DNA of 64,000 nucleotides from Eledone cirrhosa (lineage: Eukaryota), in NCBI GenBank assembly GCA_964016885.1, contig OZ024742.1:110298001-110362000 (forward strand). Direction: 5' to 3'. The notes beneath the pieces were generated by a model, which made no database searches, was not told the origin of the DNA, and was given only the letters and a program-made list of their open reading frames with translations. The translations under genes and the position numbers were made by a program. Shown in pieces: positions 41,860-57,575 of the stretch; within the stretch, counting starts at the first letter, position 1; the number at the start of each line of letters is the position of its first letter.

Positions 41860-44800
41860 TATCTCTTTCTCTTAATTTCGAGTATATTTTCTTGACCGGC
41901 CACCTTCCTGGTGGCAAGGTTGTAAAAGAAAAGAAATTGTCATCCCTTGAATCGCAAGAATGTTTGGCAAATTTTGAAGGTGCCAGCTATCGCAGCCATT
42001 TGTAGACTATGAATTAGGGAGCTGAGCTCTTTGTCCGCAAATCCAAGCTCAGTTATACATTGGTCCAAGCGGGTTGGTATATAACCCGTAGCTCCAATAA
42101 TGATGGGTCTGAAGCTAAAGGTGTATCTTGGATACTGGATTTGTAAACTCCTCATCAATGGTCCGTAGATGTCCTCCTTCTCCTCTATTTTTCTGACAAC
42201 GTTTACAACAAGTGGGCAGCTGATCTCCACAACAGAACACGTTTTCAATGTGTGGTCCCAAACAACAATATCAGGCCGGTTGTGATTTAATTTGGTGGCA
42301 GTTTTTATTTTCAGGTTCCACCAGTATTCCTTAGTGCCATCTGTCTCAATATATTCTTCCTCGTTTGTTGTTAATTTTGTTTTCCGAAGTGCGTCCCAGA
42401 TGGTTCTAGCTATCCCATCGTGTCTCATGGTGAGGTAGTAGCGAGATGACATTCTTTCGCAGCTGGCAACAATGTGGCTTACATCCTCGATCTTTGTTTT
42501 ACATAGCCTACATTTATTGTCAGCTGCTGGCCCTCCCCTTTTGTGCAGTAGATATTTGGTAGGGAGTTCTTGTTCCTGTAGTGCATAGAGATATCCCTCA
42601 AGGTGTGATGTCATAAACTTGTCGGAACTCCATGCCTGGCTTTTTGAGTGGTTTATTCCTTCTATGGTCTGTATTTTATGTCTCAAGTATCCATGCACAA
42701 CTTCTCTGTAAATTGGTCAATTTTTTCATCTTGTTTGAACATTGAATAGGATCTTCCGATTTCTCTGGGTGAGAGATTTATATCAGGCTTTATTCCATAT
42801 CTCTCCTCCAGATCAGTCGCTACTCTAATGATATTTTTTTTTCATGCTCATAAACCTGGGCAAGATGGTTGCCAACCTTTTTCCTCTGTTGAAGGTGTTG
42901 CTTCAGTGTTACTATCCGGATCTCATATGTTGTTAATATGAATTTTATACCCCGACCACCTTTCTTGCGTGAGAAGTATAGCCTATCCACATCACCATTG
43001 ACGTTAAAGTTCCCAGTAACACTGAGAAGTTTGCGAGTTCTAACATCCATCTCAATTAGTTCTTGCAATGACCAGTTCAGCAGGCCAAATGTTGGCGTTA
43101 CAATTGGCACAGCATAAGTATTGTGGGCAATGTATTTGTTGTACGCTGACAGTTCTGATGACCATATTTTCTTTACTCTTCTGAGGTATTCAGTTCTGGT
43201 TCTCTCCTTATTTATGGGTCCATCATATCTGACATTCTCATCCTGTCCAAGATATCTGTAGTTGTCACCTGACTGTAGAGGTTGTATTGTCAGGCCGTTC
43301 ATCTCTAGATTTCTAGAGGAGGGCACAGCTCTTTTACGTTTTACTGCCAAATATGCACACTTGGACTCACCAAATTTCATTTTGATGTCTGTTGAAAATT
43401 GTGTAATGAGGTCCAATTGTTTCTTGATGTCATTGATATTTGTATGGACAACTTCAGGTCATCAACAAAGAAAAGATGGGAGATACTTCTGGACCCACTT
43501 CTTTGTCCACCTTGTTTCCTGAGTAGGTAAGATAGTGGATTTAGTGAGAGAACGAAGAGTAGCACTGACAAGCTATCACCCTGAAAGATGCCCTTCTGGT
43601 AATGTATCTTATCAGTCTTAACTTGCTCCTTCTCACTTCTAAGGATCAAATTGGTGTACCAGTTCTTGGTCAGGCGTTCAACAGCAGCTACCAATGGTTG
43701 TGTGACTTTGGCTAACTGTAAAGCCTTAATAATCCACCCTGTGAGGTACACTATCAAATGCTTTTTGATAGTCCAGCCACACCACAGTCATGTTTCTGCG
43801 ATTCTTTGTTGTTTTTTCCTGAATCATTTTATTAGTTAGTAGGTGATCTATGCAACTCCACACCTGCCTCTTTCCACCAGCTTGCTCGGGTGTTATGATG
43901 TTGTTGGTAGCACAGTGATCCTGTAAGAACAGGTTAAGGCACCCAGTATATAATCTATACATGATGTTTTGGCAGGCTATTGGGCGGTAATTTTTAGCAA
44001 GGGTGGTTTGGCTATTTTGGGGAATGAGGAGAGTAGTGGCAGTTGATAACCATCTGGGCAGTTCTTGTGTGCCTTTAATGGTTTCTGTAAACAGCCGTAT
44101 GAGATCTTGCCGATATAAAGTGAAATTCTTCAACCAGTATCCTGTAATGAGGTCTGGGCCTGGTGATTTCCTATTCGACATTTTCTGTAGAGTTGTTTCC
44201 AGTATTGACCCATCTATGTCATATTATTTTGTCTGGACATGTTGGTAGTAGTCCTGTTCCAGTTCTTTTAGCCAATTAGTTTGTCTGTTGAATCCGTCAT
44301 CCGTTTCCCATACAGATCTCCAGTAGCTCTCAACCTGTTCTTTTGAAGGGGTGTCATTTACAGGGATTGAGCTTTTGCCACCGAAGCTGCGATAAACTGA
44401 TTTAGGATTTCTGGCAAACAATCTATTTAGCACTTGTCGTTTATGTGCTGTTGACTTATATTTTAGTCTTTCTGTTGTAGCTGTGAGTTGTTGTTTCAAC
44501 TGGTGTAATTTGGAGTTCAAAGTTTTAAATTTTGTATCTCCAAATCGTCTCTCTAACTTTTTTTTAGGACTTCCTGGTGTCGTGTGAAGTTGCTCTCTAT
44601 GTTGCATTTCATAACGACTGCGATGTGTGAGATACTTCGTCTCAGGGACAAAATTTTGCTTTTTAAATTTCGCATCCACGCTGGTTCAGGTTTTTTGTTC
44701 GTATATTGATTGCGTGGTTTTAGATGTGTGTTATATGATAGCAATGTGACAGCTGAAACCTATGACAAAATATTAAGCGTTTCAAATGTCGTTTCTACAC

Positions 44801-46105
44801 TTTGAGATCGTATAGCCTTCAGATAATTGCCAGCTATTTCGTTCACCGCTTCCAATTCCAATTTAGTGGGTTCTTTACTGATTCTGGTGTTGTATGGTCT
44901 GTCACTCACATTAAGGCTGTGTATCTCTTGAAACATATCGTCCCATATCACTTGTAAGGTGTCCACAAGTTTTTGGTGTTCTGTTTGTACAGTAGAGTCA
45001 TGAATTTCAGCCTCTTTATTGATGTGGTGACAATTACTACTAGAGTTAGCTGACCATTCTCGCTGTTCTTCAGTGGAAGTGGGATGGATTTCAGCAAAAT
45101 TGTTGGTGAGCTGTTCACTGTTAGATTTAGCTGGCCATTCTCTTTGTCTGTCAGTGGATGTGGGGTGGTTCTCTACAAGGGCTGTATTTGTAGTATAACT
45201 CAATTCCGTTAGATGTATCAATTTACATCTAATGATACGTTTTGCCTGTTCATTTAAATGCTTTCGAGAAAAGTCTAATTCAGGGTGTTTGGAGTTCCAT
45301 AAAGTTTTTAGCCTTTGCATAAAACCGAACTTTTGGGGTTCAGATTGTTTGTATGCTTCATATAATTCTTTGTTAAGCTCGTAGCTCCACTGTATACAAC
45401 GGTTGTAGTTGCGATTTGGTCGAAGGAGACTTGTACTTTTTGCCATGATGAGTTCGTCTATTCACTAATATTTCGTATTTATTTTTCAAAATAGTCGATG
45501 ATATTCTTTAAAAGTTTCGACAAAGTTCTGTCAGAATCAAATTTAAAGTTATTCACAGCTTGGGTAATATTTCTTTTCAGTTAGTTTTTAATTCTACAAC
45601 TGTGTTTTAAACGTTGTTCTTGAATCGTTTGAATCGAGAACAAAAAGAACCGTTACTTAGTATATTTCTTTATGAATGTAATATAATATAACAACGCTGC
45701 ATTTATATGTTAAAGTTTATGTATCATTCATATAAATAGGTGTACTACAACTTATTCACAACATATTCACAGTTCAAACACTTATGTTTTTGTTTCTGAA
45801 TCGAAAACGTTACTTGTATATTTCTTTATAAATGTAATATAACAACGTTGCATTTATATGTTAAAGTGTATGTATCGTTCATATATCATAAGTGTATGTA
45901 TCGTTCATATATCATAAGTGTATGTATCGTTCATATAAATAGGTGTTTTACAACACACTTACAGTTCAAACACTTATGTAGAATTATTGTATGTAATCTT
46001 ACCGCGTAATGTAGCTCAACTTTTTCCAATATATGGTATGTTGCCTTCATGTAAGCCGTGATTACACACGTCCGATTATCGGACACTGACCACAACGGTT
46101 GCCAT
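41860..46105 (-). mobile_element. Near-full-length R4/Dong-clade RLE non-LTR retrotransposon (family 1); single ORF ~45446-41940 broken by frameshifts
   Basis: Consecutive ORFs give the N-terminal region, KSPGPDLI, NYRPIAC, WLDYQKAFDSVPH, GIFQGDSLS, HLFFVDDLKL, YRYLG, CRLC..H..C and RPDIVVWD. ~660-bp 5'UTR. (TGTA)n at both ends. Confidence 0.95.
45620..45978. repeat. Tandem ~170-180-bp duplication with nested 22-bp repeats in the R4 5'UTR
   Basis: cgttactt...tgcatttatatgttaaagt...acagttcaaacacttatg occurs twice; aagtgtatgtatcgttcatata occurs three times. Confidence 0.8.
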
Positions 46106-46346
46106 TGTATGTATGTATGTATGTATGTATGTATGTATGTATGTATGTATGTATGTATGTATGTATGTATGTATGTATGTATGTATGTATGCATGCATGT
46201 ATGCATGTATGTATGTATGTATGTATGTATGTATGTATGTATGTATGTATGTATGTATGTATGTATGTATGTATGTATGTATACACACAGACATAAGACG
46301 CCATGATTTCAGAGTAGTGCACACACCTGAATTAGTTTCTATTACC

Positions 46347-46412
<66 letters not shown>

Positions 46413-46662
46413 CGTACGGAAATTTATAAGTTCACATAGACTTTAATAATTGCGATACAAACACTCATACACATCAAAAACGTTGTATGTTTATATCCGT
46501 TTGTATGTTTTTCTTGATACCAGCAACATCGAACCAATAACTGTATCGAAACTGAGTTCCTATTCACACACACACACACTCACACACGCGCACACACACA
46601 CACGCGTACACACACACACACACACACACACGCGTACACACACACACACACACACACACACG

Positions 46663-46738
<76 letters not shown>

Positions 46739-47115
46739 ACCTCCACCACCACCACCCACACACACACATACCCCCCACCACCACCACCCACACAAACAGA
46801 CACATATATATATATTTCTTAAAAGACGTTGACTAATCAGGGTTTCGTATGCAACACTCCAATCAGTAAAAATAATGTAAATAAGTTCAAACACCCAACG
46901 TCATGTGTATCCTTCCAAATTAGATCTGGTAGTCCATGACGAAGTATACGTACAATAATGGTAATTGCGAAGTCGGACTCTCATGGAGTCAACATCGAAA
47001 TCGGTCGTCGCCTTAGTCATATTACATACCAACCTTATTACTTAAAATACTGTCTGATGAAATCGTGATGGTGTTTGCGTGATCTACACCTGGCCTTCAC
47101 AATTATCATTATATA

Positions 47116-47300
47116 GGTGGATTGGCAGTATCGGTAGAGAGTCGGACACCATGCTTTGAAGCATAGAGTTACGTCCCTTCATGATCTGAGTTCAAATCCC
47201 GCCGAGGTTAACTTTGCCTTTCATCCTTACGGGGTCGATAAAATAAAGTACCAGTAATGTACTGGGTAATTGCTGGCCTTGTGCCTAAAATAGAAACAAT
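47116..47300 (+). mobile_element. tRNA-derived SINE (major family, best-preserved copy)
   Basis: A/B-box-like head and conserved core gccgaggttaactttgcctttcatccttacggggtcgataaaataaagtacc. At least 7 copies in this window. Confidence 0.9.
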
Positions 47301-47571
47301 TATATATGTATATATATACACACACATATATATATATATATATTTTTATACTTGGGGAGGGTCATATTTGTGTAATATTGCCAGAATTAATAACAGAACA
47401 CACTCACTGTTTGGTTGGTTTTCGCTTTTCGATTCTGTGTCTTTTATATCGGTAATCTAATTTATTCGGTCCTCAATGTTGCCATTGACTGACCAACGGT
47501 AAAAAAATAATACAGATACAATACAAAACTAATTCATCGCCGTTATATATATATATATATATACACGTTGT

Positions 47572-47770
47572 GAAGGCACATGGACTTAGAATCGTGAGGT
47601 TGTGAGGTCGATTCTCGAACCGAGCTTTGCGTTGTGTTCTTGAACACGGCACTATATTTTAGCTGTAGAAATGAGTTGGCAAGCTGTGTCGGCCATTGCC
47701 TTTCCCTTGGACAACATCAGTGGAGAGGGGAGACTGGTATGCATGGGCAACAGCTGGTCTTTTACAAAGA
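47572..47770 (+). mobile_element. tRNA-derived SINE with body shared with 58150-58265
   Basis: B-box-like ggtcgattc. ggagagggg.gactggtatgcatgggc is also present in reverse at 58215-58250. Confidence 0.6.
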
Positions 47771-48526
47771 TATGTTTGTCCACGTGGCCGAATGAAGGGC
47801 CAGTTTAAAAATGCCTCCTACATTGGTGGCCATGTCTGGACCCCGAAACCAATGATACCACATACATGTTAAGCGCATGTAACTTGGTTTATATTATATG
47901 TATAAATATATATATATTATAAATTCATATCTGCACAATCGGTACGGGTTTTTAATAAAAGCTGCAAGAAATGTGTATGTAAACGCATGAAATACACACC
48001 CAAAGGCTGTATATACCCATCACATTTGAGAACTAGAGAAGTTTGGTGCTGATGTTGGCAACACACCCATCTATATAGGCATATTATATATATGCATATA
48101 TACATACACACATGGATATATATATATAGGGTATAAATCAAAGTTGTAGCTGCCATATAGCAGGTAGTAAGCGAGTGGTTTGAAGCAATCACAAATCACT
48201 CAATGGAGCGAGAAGTTAATATATTATCGTCCAGAGTAAACAGAAAAGTTAAGAAGTGTGACCAAGAAAAACGATCTAAGGCAGTGGCCATACATATACC
48301 CCATTATAAATACAGAAAGGTCGAAGGCTAACCTGGACCGTCTTGAGTTGATTATAATCGATGTAATCGATAAAAATCTCCGATAGGTTTCTTGGACCTC
48401 CTGGAAGCTACATTATAAGTTGCATAATGAACATGCAATACATATGTGCACTTCCACCACGGAACAGCAGTTCCTGTCTTTGACAGCTTTTGTTCTTTCG
48501 TATCCAATATATATATATAGATATTC

Positions 48527-48595
<69 letters not shown>

Positions 48596-49437
48596 GCATA
48601 TATATATATATATACACATATATATATGCATATATTTACTTAGCATTTCCATAAACTTAATGTGTTTACATGAAAGTTTTTATATACTAATTAATATGCA
48701 GGTACATACATTACATACATGAATACATACATGAATACATGCATGTATGCAGGCATACATACATACATGCATACAAGGAACTGCAATTAAGCACATATAT
48801 GTCTGTTTGTATCTCTCTCTCTCGATACACCATACCCTACACACACACATATATGTATGTGTGTGTATGTGTGCATGCATCTCTCTCTCGACGCACGCAC
48901 GCACACACATACATATGTATGTATATATGTATGTATGTTCGTGTGTGCATGTGTGTAATCACGAACAGGTACATATATACATACACACATCGTATTATTT
49001 ATTATAACTTTGTGAATTTGTCAACGATAAAACAAAGCTTCGTTTTGAAATTGACGGAAATTAAAATGCACTGACAGAGAAAAATCAAAGAAACTGTAAA
49101 AGATAACGTGTTTGATTTTTGTATTTCCTTTTAAATAATATTTTTGTTTCTTTTAAATTAGTTTTCTGTCAGAATCTTAACGAGCAAATCCACTGATTTA
49201 AATGTTCACTACGTTCTGTTGTCTATTCATCAATTGTTTTTGCATTTTCGTTTTTTTATAAAATTGAAGTATGGTAACGTGGTAACTTTTGTTATATGAG
49301 AATATATGTGGCACACATCTGTCGTAAATTTGGTAACGAATTATTTTATGCTTGATGTTGTCATACTAATGGAGAAGGACTGAGCAAATAGTTAATTTAT
49401 CGTTGGTTATCTTTCTCAAGTTTTGTTAGGGAATTCC

Positions 49438-49567
49438 TTTAAAAGAGTTGGGGATGAGCTTAGATTTATTGTAATGAAAATCGTATGAGAGATAAATACT
49501 CAAGAGTATTTATCTCTCATACGATTTTCATTACAATAAATCTAAGCTAATCCCAAACTCTTTTAAA
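49438..49567. repeat. Near-perfect 130-bp palindrome (fold-back junction)
   Basis: tttaaaagagtt...gataaatactc-aa-gagtatttatc...aactcttttaaa. Confidence 0.9.
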
Positions 49568-50580
49568 CGCTATAACAATTCTTACTTCACTATCGAGAAA
49601 ACCGGAACGAATTCATTTGATCTACTCAAATGACGATCTCGTGGTTCAAGAGATATCCTTCCATTGTTTAGATACATATCAAATTGAGCCAACAAGAGAG
49701 TCTCAAGCCAACGACCTGCTAAAAAGCAACAAAGTCTCTCTAAAATTACTTCCTGGCATCTTAACCCCCTCTCCCCACCGGATAATGTGTGTTTGTATCA
49801 CAAACTAGGAGCTGTTGAAGCGGTTGGGCCTATTTTGTGGAAGTAGACTTAATCCGACTTCCGGTTTATCATCACTCTCTAGCGGCTAGCTGTCTTCAGC
49901 AGAGTGAATGAATGCTCTCTAGTGCTAGGATTATCATACGATAATATGTTTCAACAGTTACGCCGGTCATGATTAAAACATAGGCACTGCTGTGAGTAAG
50001 CATCAAAACGAATGTAATGGCTATAACAAATCCAACATATAGAAACATGACAGGTTAAGTCAGTGCTAGAGATAACAAAAAATATAGGAGTTCGTAGTTT
50101 GAAAAATAATATTCTAACAAATGGAAATACTACATCAGACGATGGTTGAAAAAACGATTATCAAAACAATATAGAATATATGAACAAAGCAGATAAGATT
50201 AACAAGCTGTTAAAACTAAACAATTCGATTCCTATAACAACGACCCAGGATAACATATCATTCTCATCGCAATGAAAACATAGAAATATTTAGATAGGTA
50301 CATAAACACGAGGCAGCCATTATTTCTCTAAATATTTTCTTTCAGAAGACAATAGAATGGCAACGAAAGTCGAAAGCCAGATTGAATAACATGCAGTGAT
50401 AATTTTCGTTTATTTTATATTTATTATTCAATATATATTATAATTTACATGAAATAGCACCACTGGATCAATCACTGGTCCATTGTATTTCTCACAGCAA
50501 GAGTGACAAGTGTGTTAATAATTTCCCTTCTCACACCTTCTCGCTCTCACTAAAGTCTTCGTTCAATATATATATATATA

Positions 50581-51779
<1,199 letters not shown>

Positions 51780-52261
51780 CAATATATTAACAAATGGAAA
51801 CTATATTTATAAAACCATATTTATTTCATTATATATATTTCAAGGACACCAAAGCAAATTATGGTGCGCTTTCATCAGATAAAATATAATATAGATCAGT
51901 TTTATAAACAAATATTGACATACCCTTAAAGAATGCAACCATATATTAGTAATAACTTGGTAGAAATATCGAAGGCGTAGAGCAACTGAAACGCGTAGGG
52001 AGAGCTTTAATATATTATCATTAAGAGCAGTACTACAACAAAGGCATAACAGGATAACAAGGACGCGCGTTTCGTTGATTGGATAAACGTTTTCGGCATG
52101 TGCTGGGGGAAAAGACCCAGAAATAACTTATGTAAGGGAGAGAGATAGGAGCGCGGCCAAAAGGGGGGGATAAATATATAGAGAAAGAAGAAAATAAAAA
52201 AAAATCACATAGAGAGATAACCTTTGCAGTTAGAATGAATAAATGCAGAGTTACAAAATAC

Positions 52262-52526
52262 TTAGCAAATGGAAGGCTTACATAAGGTTAAAAGATCACA
52301 AGGATGATTTTGTCCCAAAACAGAATTACGTCTAATAAGTCAAAACTTATTCAGAAATCTAAATACGAACATTAAGAAACACTGTAAGCTAAAGCAATGA
52401 GAAAATAATCAAGCTGTCCTAAATTGGTTTAACTCCCTTAAGCACACGGATAGATCCAGATTCATCCAGTTTGATATCGTGGACTTTTATCCGTCGATAT
52501 CAATAGAATTATTCGATAAAGCCATG
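52262..52526 (+). mobile_element. Penelope-like element RT fragment (Naiad-like)
   Basis: AYIRLKDHKDDF and Q*ENNQAVLNWFNSLKHTDRSRFIQFDIVDFYPSISIELFDKA. Degenerate hammerhead-like motifs nearby at ~51968-51990 (+) and ~52059-52101 (-). Confidence 0.75.
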
Positions 52527-54620
52527 TGGGGACTGCAACTAATTAACAGAAGGGGAGATTTCTTTTGTGCTGGTGTGTACCCGAGGGTGGTAGCTCTCAA
52601 GTGATATGGAAAGTAACCCCACTTTTTATGGTCCTAGGTAGAACCCCTCCGTTGATGTAGCTTACGTTGTACTTATCTCTACGACCCATATGGGGGCCAC
52701 CTCGGGCTCCTAATAGGCGTAATACTCTTTTCCGACATAAGTTATAAACAGTTACCCGTAGACACAGATTAATCCTAGAATAGACACGCACGCGCTCTGG
52801 ATTACTCGGAAAAATTGCAGTGGACCATTGATTTAATCAACCATCTACCAAGGATACGTAACAGTCTACGATGCAGTACGATTTGACCCATTATGTGAGA
52901 AAATTAGTTATAACTATTTAAATCCCTCCTCAGGAAGCAAGCCCATACTTCTGGATCTATGGCTACTAACATTCATCGCGCCGATTAACTAGGATCCCTA
53001 AAACACTTCTCTCTTACTATCCACATTTCATTAGCTACAGTCATTCTTGGAATCTCTTTCTTCTCTCCACTAAATTTTCATTTCAACATATTTATTAAGT
53101 ATCTCGGTACGGCAGTCAATGTCGTGTTAGCATAAGCATATCTTGGTATTTTTCACATCTCTCCCTGCTTTTCTTTATTTTCCATTGCTTTCTCTTCTAT
53201 TCTCATACTTTATCATTAACTTTTCCCTATTCCTTCTTTCTATTTTTCTTTCTTTTTATGTATTTTCTTTATGTATTCTTTATGTATTATTTATTTATTG
53301 GTCTTCATTTTGTTTTCAACCTTAACTCTCGTTTATGCTTATCCCCCTATTATATATAATATATTAGCTATGATGGTTCTAGTACCACTACTACTACTGC
53401 TACTACAGCCATTGATATCGATACCTATTTCCTCTTATTTAACTTAGATGTTAGTGTTACTGCTTGGACTGTTGTTGTTGTTGAAGGGGAAGTTAACTTC
53501 CTCTTCCTCACTCCTCGGTGGCCTCTTAGCACTCATATTTTGGGGTTATCAAAAGCTAGCCGTCATGTAAACTCCTACTGCTAAATAATTTACAACTGAC
53601 ATGATTCCAGAAGGAGTGGGCGATCTCAAGAAGACAAAGAAGATGTAAGGGTGGAACTATCTTCAACTAATGGCTAGGTGTTGTTTACACCCTTTGTGAT
53701 GATACTGTGAGGGTGCTAGAACTAATGTCAGCAGGGTTTTGAAGGTACAACACCAAAAATTCGCCTGTGGCATATCATTGAATGGAAGCTGCATGACTAA
53801 TTTTTATTCATTTTATTTTTGTTCATGTTATTTTCTTCATGCAATTTTCTGTTCACGTAATAGGTCTCTGATGAGGTCATAACTGTTATATAACTATTAC
53901 CAGCGAAATACATATAACAGCGATTATGTAATCAATATAATGAGATCAATTCTAACTTACTGGCTTCTACTTCATTGCTATATATATATATAATTCGAAG
54001 AGCTTTTGACTATCTTCAGTCTACTAAATTCTATCAAAAAGTATTAGCCAATCAGAGGCTATGGTTGAATACACTTCTGAAAAAAAAAAAGTCGTTGAGA
54101 ACCGAACTGTTCAATTAATCAAACATGCCTGGGACCATATGATGTGGAAATCGAATAACAATTAAATCTGATGCGTTGACACAAATACCAGTTATATACG
54201 TTACGGGATGAAGTCGCCAATATTTAAGACATATTGAAGATGCAAAGAAATGGTTGTAGCAACCGTTGTCACATCTGATTGTTCTTCTAAACAATTTCCT
54301 CACGAAATCATTGTTTGCTGATCATTTCTTTCTGCTGCTATCACCAAGCCTCTTACGTGTTAGATTTAATCTATCAAACTATATGTTACGTCTGCAACAG
54401 CCTTGAAGCAGTCAAAGATATCCATAATGATATATCACTTACATACATCTTTAATTTTTTTTCTGCTGCAGTGAAAAAGAAATTAAAGAAGAAACAGGAC
54501 TAACTTAATTACAGAATAGCCATGAATAACTATGGTTTGTCATGAAAAACATCGTCACAGGAGGGCTGTTGTCAAGGAGAATAATTACTAATAATGACAC
54601 ACCCAAACGCACACACATAT

Positions 54621-54652
<32 letters not shown>

Positions 54653-54856
54653 CTATGCAGACGCACACATATATGTATATGTAAGTATGCACACGTACAC
54701 ATATATTCATACATACACACACATATATACATATATACATATATACATATGTACGTATGGTTCTCAATGTGCACACTTACATTTATGTACCAGCTGTGCT
54801 AGGGCGAGAAATAAAAATTCTAATTATATATATATATGTGTATATATATATATATA

Positions 54857-54900
<44 letters not shown>

Positions 54901-54935
54901 TGTATATATATGTATGTGTGTGTTTATAGATATAA

Positions 54936-54971
<36 letters not shown>

Positions 54972-54974
54972 GTT

Positions 54975-55100
<126 letters not shown>

Positions 55101-55235
55101 TATATATACACACACATATATATATATATATACACACATGTATATATGTATTTATATATATATACGTATGCACACATGTATATGTATATGTATTTACACA
55201 CACATATATATATATGTATTTACACACACATATCT

Positions 55236-55313
<78 letters not shown>

Positions 55314-55857
55314 ACATATGTATAAATTTAAATAATTGCAATGCGTCTGACGGGTGGTAGGAACAACGCACAAACGATTGAATCGCAGACAAAGCAAATC
55401 ACATCAAGGACAATAAACGTCATGTGTAACAAAGAAACGTAGACATGAATTACGCATGTGCAGTTTAAAATACTCTAACTAATTAAAATATATTCAGGTA
55501 GATGTAAGACTATGTACAGGATAACATTTACAAAGAAAAATCAATCAAAAGGTCGGATTACAACGCCAAACTGTAATCTTTTCCTTCTGTAACAATTCAT
55601 ATTGTGTGTAGGAGAAAGGTGGAGGTGTGGTGGTGGTAGTGGTGGTGGTGGTGGTGGTGGTGGTGGTGATGGTGTGTGTGTGTGTGTGTGAAAGTACAAT
55701 CCTATTTACGAATACTAGAATACAATATCGCCATTACTTCACCATCCCCACTCACCCGGTCTGTCTTCTTTTTATATATTTTTTTATATCTATCTATCTA
55801 TCTATAAATATATCGACACACACACACACACACACACACACGTATATATATAAATAC

Positions 55858-56146
55858 ATGGCCTAGTTGTTAGAGCGTTGTTTTCTTGTGCAAGGCATTT
55901 TATTTCATGTGTTTCAGTTCACTCAGCTGGAGAAAAATGAGTTACGACCTCACTGCGGGAGACCCAAGGGTACATCCTGAGCAAGATGGTTGGATAACCT
56001 CCATAAGCTCGGCTCGTCACGCTTGGGAATTCAGCCAGATCAATTGGAGACAGTTGCTTCTAACATGACCCGTTGGAAGACGTGTTAATGGACTCTACCC
56101 CATACGACCCTCTCAGGAATAAGTGAGCAAATAAGAAGAAACCTTA
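55858..56146 (+). mobile_element. SINE with tRNA-like head and RTE-derived 3' tail
   Basis: Head atggcctagttgttagagcg. 55955-56146 is highly similar to the reverse complement of 58265-58457. Confidence 0.7.
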
Positions 56147-57179
56147 ACATTTAGGTTCGGTCAAACATCAGTCGAAATAATGCTTATGTTTCTCAGTAAA
56201 ACAAAGATATTCCTGATAGAATCACAGGTATTATATAAACGTTCAATTCTTTAATTGCACTAACGATGTTCTTAATGCAATACCGAAATATTCGGAGGAT
56301 TTTGTGCATTTACCAGCTAAATGTTCACATAGTATTACTTTTATCGGTTAAGAACTGTTTCAAAATTTAATGCGAATAAACAGTAATGGAGTAGCCTGTT
56401 ATCCTTCTAGGGACGATATACATCCATCACCCCCATAAAAAAATATTACTTGTCTTGTGCTTAAATTAAAATCAATTATTAGATGTAGAGAGAGCAGTGA
56501 ACTTAACAGTATCGCAAGAGTGACGAACAAAATACCTTCCGAAATTTAGTTACAACTTTTAATACAAAGTCGAGAACTAATTTCTATTTCATTGACTATA
56601 TCCATCCCCCTATAATGCTGTGGCACTACGCCACTGTTGGAAATCGTAGTAAATAGACGATAAAAATATTATCTGTTGAAATATTAATTGTTGATATATT
56701 CGTTGAAATTTGACACAATTGCCACACGGTAATATAACGCAAACTACAGACCATATAATCTACCAATCAACATCTAACACAGCAACGCCATAACATCAAA
56801 CACACAGCACATACTCTACCCCAGTAACGATTCAACACATAAAAACCACATAAGACCAATTATACAACACATACAAAATAAAATCACCATCCGACAAAAT
56901 AGTATTTCAAAATAAAATAATAATCGTTATCATTTTCAGTCTAGATGTTGTTTTTGTAGTTGTTGGTAACAGAATTACCATATTTAACCATTCCTTACTG
57001 ATAAAATACCTAGAGGTCATTTGTCAGTATCACCATTTGGAAATTATTATGAATAATATTCAGGTAATTAAAGTAATATATGAGTAACATATGAAACTTT
57101 TATGAGGTTTACTTCGGCTTCAGGCATTTAAAGTTCAACAAATGACTTCCTAGTATTGTTGTTATTGATGTTGTAGTTG

Positions 57180-57185
57180 TCGTCG

Positions 57186-57216
<31 letters not shown>

Positions 57217-57309
57217 GGTTATTGCTACAGAGTGTACTGTTGTTGTTATTAGGTGGCGGTGTTATTGGTTTCGTTTATGTTGTTTATGTCGTTATTGCTT
57301 TTGTTGTTG

Positions 57310-57341
<32 letters not shown>

Positions 57342-57575
57342 GGTGGGGTTATTGCTACAGAGTGTACTGTTGTTGTTATTAGGTGGCGGTGTTATTGGTT
57401 TCGTTTATGTTGTTTATGTCGTTATTGCTTTTGTTGTTGTTGTTGTTGGTGGTGGTGGGGTTATTGCTACAGAGTGTACTGTTGTTATTAGGTGGCGGTG
57501 TTATTGATTTCGTTTATGTTGTTTATGTCGTTATTGCTTTTGTTGTTGTTGTTGTTGTTGGTGGTGGTGGTGATC
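57180..57575. repeat. Three ~110-130-bp tandem units embedded in (GTT)n/(GGT)n
   Basis: ggggttattgctacagagtgtactgttg...gttattgcttttg occurs three times. Confidence 0.9.

Noticed and set aside
45990-46105. HDV-like ribozyme expected at an R4 5' end
   Set aside because: Only a gtccga-tta-tcggac hairpin is visible; the nested double pseudoknot could not be built by eye.
47116-47200. tRNA gene candidates at SINE heads
   Set aside because: A/B-box-like motifs are followed by SINE bodies; no complete cloverleaf.
53860-53925. CTGATGA...GAAA motif (similar isolated CTGATGA at ~6431 and ~47054)
   Set aside because: No convincing stems I and III.
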